NCBI GenBank assembly: GCA_963674965.2
Contig: CAXXFL010000007.1
Span: 896,001 to 960,000 of the forward strand
Direction of reading: 5' to 3'
DNA from: a bacterium
GTDB taxonomy: Bacteria; RBG-13-61-14; DATKZS01
Length of the DNA: 64,000 bases
A model generated the notes under the pieces. That model had not been told where the DNA came from. It saw only the letters and a program-made list of their open reading frames with translations, and ran no database searches. Each line of letters begins with the position of its first letter. Within the stretch, counting starts at the first letter, position 1. Below, piece after piece: positions 46,263-55,113 of this stretch. Position numbers and translations under genes: made by a program.

Positions 46263-47427
46263 ACGTGGTCACGGCGATGACCTCGACGGGCTTCAAGATG
46301 TTTTTAAGCTCGATGGACCCGCGCTTGTCGAAATGGAACCTGGGCACGGGGTCGGTCCCCCTGTAGAAGCTGAGCCCCTCCTTGGCCGCGTTGTGAGTGG
46401 CCCTGACCGTGAGTATCTCGCCGGGACCGGCCTTCGAGCAAAGCCTGGCGGCCAGGTTGACGTTGTGGCCCAGGACCGTGTAATCGAGCCGGGAGGGGCT
46501 GCCGATGTTTCCCAGAATCACCTCGCCGCTCGAGACCCCGATGCCCACGCCGGGCGCCACGAAGCCTTCCTTCTTCCTTTCCTCGATCCACATCTCGTGC
46601 GACTTCAGCATCTTGTCCGCCGCCATCAGGGCCCGGAGGGCGTGGTCCGGAAAGGAAAGCGGCGCGCCGAAGACGGCCATGATCTCGTCGCCCACGAACT
46701 TGTCCACCATGCCGTCGAATTTTTCCACCGCGTCCACGGCCAGGGTGAGGAAGGAGTTGACCATTTGTACCACCTCCTCGGCCTCGAGCTCCTGGCACAC
46801 CCGGGTGAAACCGCGAAGGTCGGCGAACAACACGCTGGCCACTCTCCTTTGCGTGCGCATGAGCTCGTCCTCGGAGAGCTCGGCCATCTGCTCCATCACG
46901 CGGGGAGAAACGTAGCGGCTGAAGTTCTTCTCCAGCCAATGGGTGTGGGTTAAGTCCTGAGCCACTATCTGGACCTTGTCCTTTACGTGAGTACAGGCGA
47001 AGCGGAGGAGGGGGGGATCGCTGACGTTGCGCTCGGCGAGGGAGGGCAAACGCTCGGGGGTCAGGTCGGGAAATTCCCTTTCCACGATGTAGCTCTGCCC
47101 GCTTTCCTTGACGGCGGCCAGGAGGGAACTCATCACGTCGCCGAGAGGTCCCTTGTCCCAATCGGACAGCATGGTCCCGAGAACGTCGCGGCGCCGGTCG
47201 GAGGGGACCCCCAGAAGCCGGGCCATGCGGTCGTTCAGATAGGCTAGAGTGCCCTTATCGTCCACGACCATTATCATCTCCTCGAGGCCCTGGATGGTGA
47301 AGCTTTCGCCCAGACCGGTCAGGGGCTGGGCCCCGGCCATGGTCATCATGGCGGCGCCTCCGCGGACCCTGTCCAGTTCCGCCTTGAGCATTTTTATTTC
47401 AGCTTCGTAATCTTCCGAGGTTCGCAT
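46261..47427 (-). CDS. class III adenylate cyclase with N-terminal PAS-like region
   Basis: VLFADLRGFT, DKFVGDEIMAVFG, DYTVLG..VNLAARL. Confidence 0.9.
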   Translation of the reverse strand: MRTSEDYEAEIKMLKAELDRVRGGAAMMTMAGAQPLTGLGESFTIQGLEEMIMVVDDKGTLAYLNDRMARLLGVPSDRRRDVLGTMLSDWDKGPLGDVMSSLLAAVKESGQSYIVEREFPDLTPERLPSLAERNVSDPPLLRFACTHVKDKVQIVAQDLTHTHWLEKNFSRYVSPRVMEQMAELSEDELMRTQRRVASVLFADLRGFTRVCQELEAEEVVQMVNSFLTLAVDAVEKFDGMVDKFVGDEIMAVFGAPLSFPDHALRALMAADKMLKSHEMWIEERKKEGFVAPGVGIGVSSGEVILGNIGSPSRLDYTVLGHNVNLAARLCSKAGPGEILTVRATHNAAKEGLSFYRGTDPVPRFHFDKRGSIELKNILKPVEVIAVTT

Positions 47428-47504
47428 GGGTCCTTCCCTTGTATGGACGAGAGCCCGGTCCGGCTTATCCAAATCCCAGGCGCGATATCATAATCCAGGT
47501 TTCA

Positions 47505-48275
47505 TTATAACGCCAATCCGGATAAAAAGCCCATAATGGCGCGGCTGACTTCCATGGGCTTCTCGAGCGGACAAAGATGGCCGGCCTGAGCTATGCGGAC
47601 CCTTTGGGCGCCCGCGATTTTTTCCTCCAGGAAATCCGAGTACTTGGGAGGGGTCAGCTTATCGTCATCTCCGCTCACTATTAAAGTCGGCGTTTTTATT
47701 CGGCCCAGGCGGTCCCGGACGTCAAAGGCGTCGCAGGCCCTGAAGTCTCCCGCCGCCACCGGGGGCGAGGCCTCGGCGGTGGCCCGGATAAAATCGGCCA
47801 GGAGGGCGGGATCGGTTTTATCCGAGGCGGCGAATTTGGCAATCATGTCCACGTAAAGGGGGAAGTTTTTCTCGATGGCCTCGAAAATGGCGGGCATTAC
47901 CTTTAACTTGGCCCCCGTGCTAATTAATACTCCGGCCTTCACCAGGTCCCCCCGCTCGATGAGCAGGGTCTGGGTGATGGCCCCTCCCATGCTCAGGCCC
48001 ACGGGAACCGGCTTGGGAAACGGGGCCGTCTCGATCAGGTCGGCCACCGCCCTGGCGTAATCCTCGATGGTCTTGAAGCCGTCACCGGGACTGGACCCAT
48101 GTCCGGGAAGGTCCAGGGCAACCGCGTTGGCCCCGTCGGCCGGCGCGGCGACCTGCTTATCCCACAATACGCGAGACCCTCCCGCGCCGTGAATAAAGAC
48201 GAGGGTTGGCTTATTAGGATCGAGCGGCCATAAGCCGGCGCTGAAAGCCACATTTTTTATTTGCTTTTCTATCAT
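47505..48275 (-). CDS. alpha/beta hydrolase
   Basis: FIHGAGG, DLPGHG, GLSMGG, G..D, AGH. Confidence 0.9.
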   Translation of the reverse strand: MIEKQIKNVAFSAGLWPLDPNKPTLVFIHGAGGSRVLWDKQVAAPADGANAVALDLPGHGSSPGDGFKTIEDYARAVADLIETAPFPKPVPVGLSMGGAITQTLLIERGDLVKAGVLISTGAKLKVMPAIFEAIEKNFPLYVDMIAKFAASDKTDPALLADFIRATAEASPPVAAGDFRACDAFDVRDRLGRIKTPTLIVSGDDDKLTPPKYSDFLEEKIAGAQRVRIAQAGHLCPLEKPMEVSRAIMGFLSGLAL

Positions 48276-49038
48276 CTTTTCAAGCCCCTTGTTTTCCTGG
48301 GCCTATATTAGCGCAACAAAGGCCCAACCCACAAATGGCCCCTGTATTTTTTTCTGAAAATAAAAGCTACGGAGTCGAGATTGAATCTTGAGAAAACAGC
48401 CTGATCGGACCTGGGCAATTGTAAGAGTTGCCTCCATTTTCATCCATTCGTTCCATGATGGCGTCTTTTCAATCTTGGCAAATTGCATTTGTATGGGCAA
48501 TCTGCCCTTCGGCCATGTATTTAGATACAGATTTTAAGCTGTTAATTCAATATATTACGACTATTGAGCGGAGGAAGAAGAACTTTTCCGGCTTCCATTC
48601 GTTTCCTGCAATTGAGAAATTGAAGACAAACGATTTATTAAGTGCATTACTTATTCCAACTGAATTACATTTGGCAAATAAATTACAAGTAAGCGATTGC
48701 AAAGAAAAATCAGGAGACCAAACATGGTGGTGATAAAAATCCGGAAGAATCGGTCATTGACCAGAGCGGAATGGATGAGCATATTATAGTTGAATAATAT
48801 AGGGTGACGCAAAAAATTGCATATTGCAAGCTTAAAGTAAGTATTTTTTTCGAGGTGCTCGTTTTTGTGCATTTCAAGGCTCCTTTGGCAAAGGCGTACA
48901 GGAGAGATAAATTGAAAACTACGGCTTGCGGGCCGAAGGTAAATATATATATATTTAAGTGGCTTACAAGACAATTGCCAATAAAATGAGGAAATATAGG
49001 GAAACTATTTTCGTAAATTGATAACAAAGCCCTATTAA

Positions 49039-49054
49039 CGGCATAAGGTTTGTA
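49039..49054 (+). promoter_or_regulatory. sigma54-like promoter upstream of the sigma70-family gene
   Basis: CGGCATAAGGTTTGTA (GG-N10-GT), about 65 bp before ATG. Confidence 0.4.
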
Positions 49055-49120
49055 AGTAATAATGTTACTCGTATAGTGAATCTTTTAGAACAGGCTGGTA
49101 TCTAAACTTTGGGAGGTACC

Positions 49121-50338
49121 ATGATAAGGACCACTGCCATCAAGGTAATGGGACCCGGCAAGGACGATTCCGTCGAGGAAATCGATGAGAATCTGGAGCT
49201 GGAGACCGAATTCGACGAAGAAGAAGATGAGGAGGAAATCGAGGAAGTCGAGGAAAAGGAGGAGCTTTCCAGCGCCTTTGGAAACGGCTTCAGGGGAGAC
49301 CTGTTATCGCTTTATCTCCAGGAGATGGACGCGGTTAACCTCTTTACGCCCGAGCAGGAATTCCTGAAGGCGAAAGAGGTTTTCGAGGCCAAGGCCGCGG
49401 TATGCGGACTTATTGGCGCGCTTCCTTTCGTGGCGGAACCCGAGAACCTGACCGAGGCCAAGATAAAGGACGTGATCGTAACGCTCGAGAACGCTCGGAT
49501 AGATTTCCGCAAAAAGCGCTCTCTTGCCCGCGCGTCGAAGAAACAATACGGTCTCACGGCTCGGGAGATAGGCCCTTTCCTTAGGAAGCTCAGGACGGCT
49601 CACGGCAAGTTCGTGTTCAGGAGGAATGATTTTATCGAGGCGAATTTAAGGCTGGTGGTAAAGATAGCCAACCGCTATCGCAACCGTGTCCTGCCCACGG
49701 CGGACCTGATCCAGGAGGGAAACCTGGGGCTTATCAGGGCCGTCGAGAAGTTCGACTACAGGAAGGGTTTCAAGTTCTCGAGCTACGCCACCTGGTGGAT
49801 TCACCAGTCCATCATCCGGGCCATCGCCGAGAAGAGCAAGCTCATCAAGGTGCCGGTATATCTTAACGACCGTATCCGGCGGCTGGACAAGGAAAGCAGG
49901 CGTCTCACTCTCGAGCTGGAAAAGGAACCCTGCGTCGAGGACCTGGCCGAGAGCATGGAGATGGAGGCAAAGGAAGTAGTGGGTCTCATGCAGATGTCCC
50001 GCGAGCCGGTCAGTCTCGAGACCCAGATATGCGACATGGAGGAGATAGTTCTCGGGGACGTCCTGGAGGACACCCGCGTGGACAGGACGGACGAGGCCGT
50101 TTTCAAGGCGCTCATGATGGAGGAAATCGAGGCCGCCCTTCGGACCCTCTCTCCCAAGGAGGAGATGATCCTTCGGATGAGGTTCGGGATCGGGACCGAA
50201 AGCGAGTACACCCTCGAGGAAATCGGAAGCGAGTTCAATATTTCGCGGGAGCGCGTAAGGCAGATCGTCGAGAAGAGCCTTCGCAAGCTCCGGCATCCGT
50301 CCCGGGCGAAAGCCATGGAGAACTGCAGTTACAATTAG
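49121..50338 (+). CDS. RpoD/RpoS-like (group 2) sigma70 factor lacking region 1.1
   Basis: GGAGG RBS; D.L.LYLQEM, NLRLVVKIA, DLIQEGNLGL.RAVEKFD, YATWWI, RERVRQI. Confidence 0.92.
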   Translation: MIRTTAIKVMGPGKDDSVEEIDENLELETEFDEEEDEEEIEEVEEKEELSSAFGNGFRGDLLSLYLQEMDAVNLFTPEQEFLKAKEVFEAKAAVCGLIGALPFVAEPENLTEAKIKDVIVTLENARIDFRKKRSLARASKKQYGLTAREIGPFLRKLRTAHGKFVFRRNDFIEANLRLVVKIANRYRNRVLPTADLIQEGNLGLIRAVEKFDYRKGFKFSSYATWWIHQSIIRAIAEKSKLIKVPVYLNDRIRRLDKESRRLTLELEKEPCVEDLAESMEMEAKEVVGLMQMSREPVSLETQICDMEEIVLGDVLEDTRVDRTDEAVFKALMMEEIEAALRTLSPKEEMILRMRFGIGTESEYTLEEIGSEFNISRERVRQIVEKSLRKLRHPSRAKAMENCSYN

Positions 50339-50365
50339 CGCGATTTAATAGCTCACGCTCACGCC

Positions 50366-50408
50366 AATGACGCCTCCCCGGCAATAATCGGGGAGGCGTC
50401 ATTTTTAT
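50366..50408 (+). terminator. intrinsic terminator of the sigma factor gene
   Basis: 15-bp arms AATGACGCCTCCCCG/CGGGGAGGCGTCATT followed by T-tract. Confidence 0.8.
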
Positions 50409-50431
50409 CGCGGCGCCGAGGGTGTCGAATG

Positions 50432-50460
50432 AAAAAGGGGACGCCGATGACGTCCCCTTT
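50432..50460 (-). terminator. intrinsic terminator of the DUF1571 gene
   Basis: AAAGGGGACG/CGTCCCCTTT. Confidence 0.7.
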
Positions 50461-50483
50461 ACTTACGGGCGGATATTCCCGGC

Positions 50484-51698
50484 TTAGAGGCTATAGTCCG
50501 GGTTTTCCGGGTCGAAGTCGTTCTCCGTCAGGTCCGGGTTGATCTGAATCTGAGTGTAAAGGTAGGACTCGGAGTATTCATTGTCGTGGTTCCACGTTTC
50601 CGCCTTGATCTCGAGGGAACGGGTAAAGTCGATGTAGTTCATGAGGCGGTAGCAATAATAACCCTTGGACTTGTCACGGGAGAGGATGTTCTCCCGCTTG
50701 TAGACCTTATGGCCGTCAACGTCCACGATGCCGTAATTTTTGTCCTCCACGTCGCCGTTGGGATTGGCTTTCCTGTAGTTCTCCTCGATAAGGTCGAGAA
50801 GGTATTTGAGACCCGTCTCGGTAATAACATGGTTCGTGCCGCGCTTGGCTATTTCCGAGTCAATGGGAAGAGTGACCGGGATTACGCCCAGTATGCCCTT
50901 CTCCCGGACCCTGACCTTGCCCGCGCCGAGTATTCTTTCATTGTACAGGGCTTCCCTGCCCACCCAGGGGCTGCTGGGATGGGGAAGCCATTTCATGTAG
51001 ATGGCCTTGGGCTTCTCCCGGTATTTGAGGAGTATCTTCTCCTCGCCCTGAAGCTCGCCGTCAATGCGCTCGATCTTATATAAAATACAGGTATAGGTGT
51101 TGATCTGCTTGTATTTCCTCTTTCCCGTCTCGATCAGGACCCAGTCCTCGGTGGCGTCAAGGATCACCTGCACCCGATCCAGAGACATGGACGAAAACAG
51201 TTTTTTCCTCCCGTCCTCTCCCATGAAGAAACTCATGCTCGCTATCTCCTCGGGCGAGAGCCTGTTTATGGTCTCCTTCATCTGGTCCAGGTTCATGTTA
51301 TTGTTGCCTATGGCCAGGATGTTGGGAAAAAGACCGGCAAAGTCCTTGTCCTCCTCGATTTGGGCGTGGGCCAGGAATTTTTCGTCGAGAAATTTCTGCT
51401 TTTCCTCGTCAAGGCCCTCCTTAGTCTGAGCGTGGCCCTCCTCGCCCAGGTAATAGCTGATGGCCGCCCTCTCCTTGTCCGTAAGCTGGCTCGAGGACGT
51501 TTTTAACTGATCCATGCTCATCAACTCGACCTGAGACTTGAAGAGCTTGAGGAAAACCTCGCGGAAGTCGGGTATATCGTGTCCAAAGGGATTGTCCTTG
51601 CCCGCCTCGATGGCCGGGCTTAAAAGTACGGCCGCGATAGTTACGGCCATGATAAAGCCTATTCTCATTACCCTTTTAAAGGTATGCGCCATTTTCAC
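50484..51698 (-). CDS. exported DUF1571-like (LolA-like fold) protein
   Basis: signal/TM; Y...L.K.ERI.G.L, K.R.KP..IYMKW, GREALY, H.ITETG, E.Y.Y..I..NP.L...DFDP.NPDY. Confidence 0.7.
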   Translation of the reverse strand: MKMAHTFKRVMRIGFIMAVTIAAVLLSPAIEAGKDNPFGHDIPDFREVFLKLFKSQVELMSMDQLKTSSSQLTDKERAAISYYLGEEGHAQTKEGLDEEKQKFLDEKFLAHAQIEEDKDFAGLFPNILAIGNNNMNLDQMKETINRLSPEEIASMSFFMGEDGRKKLFSSMSLDRVQVILDATEDWVLIETGKRKYKQINTYTCILYKIERIDGELQGEEKILLKYREKPKAIYMKWLPHPSSPWVGREALYNERILGAGKVRVREKGILGVIPVTLPIDSEIAKRGTNHVITETGLKYLLDLIEENYRKANPNGDVEDKNYGIVDVDGHKVYKRENILSRDKSKGYYCYRLMNYIDFTRSLEIKAETWNHDNEYSESYLYTQIQINPDLTENDFDPENPDYSL

Positions 51699-51997
51699 TA
51701 CCCCTTTCTTGATTGATTATTACGGTAGAAAGCAACCTCTATCCCTGAGCGGTTACTAAACCACATTCGGGAACAAATGGCAAGCGTATTAATACGATCG
51801 TTAAATTTTATTTCTAAAGCGAGTGCATATCCATTGTTAGTTCATTATAAATATTGTAACTTCTCCTTGACTGGAGGGACCTGGAATAAGTATTCTTGGA
51901 GCGGTATTAAACGCTACTTAAATTATCCGCATAACCGGGAAAAGGCGGTCCCCCCTGGGAACGACTTCAAATGATCGGGAGAATCGAGTTGGCTGAA

Positions 51998-53095
51998 ATG
52001 AAAATCGAGCGAAGAAACGACATAGACTGGCTTCGGATCTTCGCGACCTATCTTTTGTTCATCTTCCACGTGGGCAAGGTGTTCGACAAGCCCCCCTTTT
52101 ACCAGATCAAGAACGGGACCTTGTCCGACGGCATGAAATATTTCACGGGCTTCATTCACATCTGGCACATGCCCTTGTTTTTTCTTCTCGCCGGGTGGTC
52201 GGTTTTCAACTCCCTTAAGAAAAGGAGCGGCGGCGAGTTCTTCATCGAGCGCGTAAAGCGTCTCTTTATTCCGCTGGTAATGGGCATCATCGTTTTCTGC
52301 CCGCCCATGCAGTACGTATACGCCAGGACGGCCATGGGTTTTGAGGGAACGTACTTGGAGTTCTTGCCCCTCTTTTTCACCTCCCTCAAGTATTTCAGTT
52401 GGTCACACTTATGGTTCCTGGCATACCTGTTTACCTTCACTCTCCTTTATTACTGGCTTTTCGCCCGGCTGATAAGGCGTGAGGACAAAGGAGGCTCAGT
52501 TCATCCAGCCATGATTTACGCGCCCATCATCGCGCTGGTTATCATCCAGGTCGCGCTTCGGCCCATTTGGCCGGGTTTCCAGAACCTTTTTGACGACTGG
52601 GCCAACTTCACCTATTACAGTACCTTCTTTATCATGGGCTTTGTTTTCTCCCGTTATCCCGCCTTCGAGGCCCTGATGCATAAACAATGGAAAATCGCCG
52701 GCGCTTTGGCCCTGTTCTTTCTTCTGGCCATGCTGGTCGTCAGCCTGACCATTCCTTACGGTCTTCCGGAGCTTGTGATCTTCGCTCCGGCCGGCTATTG
52801 CGTGGTGATTTTCATGCTCGGGTTCGCCCGCCGGTTCCTGGCCTCGGTGGAGACGGGATTGTCCTACGCTCGGGAGTCGGCCTATCCGGTGTATATTCTC
52901 CATCAGGCATCCATCGTTTTGCCCGGCTATTTCGTAGTGCAACTGGACCTTCCCATTTACGCGAAGTATCCTTTATTGTTAGCAATCGCGGTGACGGCCT
53001 CCCTTATTGTTTATCATTTGCTGGTCAGGCCTTTCAACGCGGTTCGATTTTTATTCGGCATGAGAGGGATAAGTAAGATGGAGCCGGTAAAATAA
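51998..53095 (+). CDS. acyltransferase 3 family (OpgC/MdoC-like) membrane protein
   Basis: R..IDWLR, H.WHMPLFFLLAG, ER.KRL.IP, HLWFL.YL, YP.YILHQ. Confidence 0.88.
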   Translation: MKIERRNDIDWLRIFATYLLFIFHVGKVFDKPPFYQIKNGTLSDGMKYFTGFIHIWHMPLFFLLAGWSVFNSLKKRSGGEFFIERVKRLFIPLVMGIIVFCPPMQYVYARTAMGFEGTYLEFLPLFFTSLKYFSWSHLWFLAYLFTFTLLYYWLFARLIRREDKGGSVHPAMIYAPIIALVIIQVALRPIWPGFQNLFDDWANFTYYSTFFIMGFVFSRYPAFEALMHKQWKIAGALALFFLLAMLVVSLTIPYGLPELVIFAPAGYCVVIFMLGFARRFLASVETGLSYARESAYPVYILHQASIVLPGYFVVQLDLPIYAKYPLLLAIAVTASLIVYHLLVRPFNAVRFLFGMRGISKMEPVK

Positions 53096-53150
53096 ACCGG
53101 CCACGGCTCCGCGAGGACATATCACTTGAAGATGAAAAGAGGAGAGCAAA

Positions 53151-53666
53151 ATGAAGAAGAAGGTATTAGCCGGCGTTATTTTTTCGCTTACTTTTCCCCT
53201 GGCCGCTCTCGGGGCCTCGGGCTCGGATATCCTGGGCTTGTGGATCACGGAGGGAAAAGACGCGCTCATCGAGGTGTATGAAGAGAACGGCGTCTACTCG
53301 GGCAAGATCGTTTCTCTCAAGTATCCCAATTACTGGGAGGGGGAGAAAAAAGGCCAGCCCAAGCTTGACGACAAGAACCCGGACGAGGGTTTGCGCTCGA
53401 GGCCCCTGGTAGGGACCCGGATCATCCGCGGCTTCCAGTTTAAGGACGGCAAATGGGTTGAGGGAGAAATATACGACCCCGACAACGGCAAGACCTATAG
53501 CTGCGAGATCAAGCTGGGCGGGGACGGCGCGCTCGAGGTCAGGGGATACATTGGAGTATCTCTACTTGGCCGCACCACCAAGTGGGAAAGACCCGAGACC
53601 TACCTCGATCGGGAACTCAAGTTCCTGCGCATGGAATGCGACTGTAAAAAAACCGAGACCCAATAG
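53151..53666 (+). CDS. DUF2147 domain secreted protein
   Basis: G.W.T, D.KNPD..LR.RPL.G, G.IYDP.NGKTY, L.VRGYIG.SLLGRT..W. Confidence 0.88.
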   Translation: MKKKVLAGVIFSLTFPLAALGASGSDILGLWITEGKDALIEVYEENGVYSGKIVSLKYPNYWEGEKKGQPKLDDKNPDEGLRSRPLVGTRIIRGFQFKDGKWVEGEIYDPDNGKTYSCEIKLGGDGALEVRGYIGVSLLGRTTKWERPETYLDRELKFLRMECDCKKTETQ

Positions 53667-53745
53667 CGCTAAATTCAGGAAGCAATATTTAGGGGGTAGC
53701 TCCAAGGAGGGCTATCCCCTTTTCGTCAGCCACGCGACGTTGGCT

Positions 53746-55047
53746 TTATATTCTCGCGACGCCCAGGAAGACGGCGTGGAGGCTGGCGGCAATAATCAGG
53801 AAAAGCCGCCTTGCCCGCTCGGGCTCGAGCCCTGGACAGGAGTAATGTATTTGTCCGCTGGGACAGCCGGCCACGCAGTCTCCGCATAGGGTGCATGACT
53901 CTCCGGGCTTTCCAGAGGCGACGATGTCCCCGGAGAGGGCGTCGTAACGGCAGGAGGAAAAACACTTTCCGCACCTGGTGCATCCGTCGCCAATCCTGAT
54001 CCTTATTGGATTTATCTTTCCCATCCAGCAGGCGATAAAGCCGATGGGACAATAGGCGGTGCAGTGGACCATGGCGCCCGTTCGCCTGGAGACGAAGACC
54101 ATGATCGCCACGCCCGCCAGGCCGAAAGCCAGGGCCGTCAGGATGGCGGCCGACGCGGGCAGTCCCGACTTCCTCAGGACATGTGCCACGAGGACAACCA
54201 GGATCAGCGCGACGACCCTCGAGTACTTGCGCCAGGACGGGAGCCTGGACGGCGCGGGCCTCGCCCGGCTCGACAGGTCGTCCCAGGCCCCCACGTAACA
54301 AAGCCAACTGCACCAGGCGGGACCGGCCAAAAGGACGGTGACGCCGAACAGGACGGCCATGAAGAAACCCTCGCCCCTGTAAACCGGACCTCCCACGATC
54401 AGCGCGGGTATGGGCAGATGAAGCTTGCCCGTCATGAGCGCCTTCTCCACTCCCCAAAGCCCCAGCGCGAGTTGGGTGAAAAACACCGCCGAGAAAAGGC
54501 GCCATGCCAGGGGCCTCAGGCGAGCGGCCCGGGCCGGGTCCGTGATCTTGTCCGCCAGCCACCCACCATAGGCCGAGAGAGCAAGAAGCTCGATCCAGCC
54601 GAGGCCGGGAAAGAACCTTTCAACGAGAAGGCCGGGAGGGTCCATCTTGAGCTGGACGAAAAGGAGGAGTAAGCCCGTGAGGAAAAAAGCGCTCACCCCG
54701 GCCTTTCCCGCCCGCGGCTCGGCGTCCCACTCGATAATGATCTTGATATAAGAGAAGGCAAAGCCGGACAAGAAGGCCAATGCGGCGGCGGCCAGATATA
54801 TATAGGTCCAGTTAAGGCCCAGGGGAGAAGGGCCGATATTGACGCGCCAGGCGTGAAAGGCGAAAAATATCCAGACGCCCGCTCCCGCCCAGGTAAGGGC
54901 CTTGAGCGCCAGCCGGGTCCAATCCCGCCGGATCAAAAGCATGAGGGGCATAAGCGCCAGGGCCGCGCCGGCCCCCGCCTCGCCGATCATATAAAACTGA
55001 AGGCCCAACAAAAGAAAGCATAAGACTGGAAATATTAGCGCGTACAT
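53746..55047 (-). CDS. membrane-bound polyferredoxin (NapH/YccM-like 4Fe-4S binding protein)
   Basis: multiple TMs; WCSWLCY, HCTAYCP, two CxxCxxCxxxC motifs. Confidence 0.82.
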   Translation of the reverse strand: MYALIFPVLCFLLLGLQFYMIGEAGAGAALALMPLMLLIRRDWTRLALKALTWAGAGVWIFFAFHAWRVNIGPSPLGLNWTYIYLAAAALAFLSGFAFSYIKIIIEWDAEPRAGKAGVSAFFLTGLLLLFVQLKMDPPGLLVERFFPGLGWIELLALSAYGGWLADKITDPARAARLRPLAWRLFSAVFFTQLALGLWGVEKALMTGKLHLPIPALIVGGPVYRGEGFFMAVLFGVTVLLAGPAWCSWLCYVGAWDDLSSRARPAPSRLPSWRKYSRVVALILVVLVAHVLRKSGLPASAAILTALAFGLAGVAIMVFVSRRTGAMVHCTAYCPIGFIACWMGKINPIRIRIGDGCTRCGKCFSSCRYDALSGDIVASGKPGESCTLCGDCVAGCPSGQIHYSCPGLEPERARRLFLIIAASLHAVFLGVARI

Positions 55048-55113
55048 GGCCTGGTTGCCCGGCGCGGCGGGGGAAGACGGGGCCTTCCCCCACCGGCCGA
55101 CTAATATGATGCC

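Noticed and set aside
48303-49027. Short ORFs in the AT-rich region
   Set aside because: No RBS, mutually overlapping, and not protein-like; better explained as regulatory DNA.
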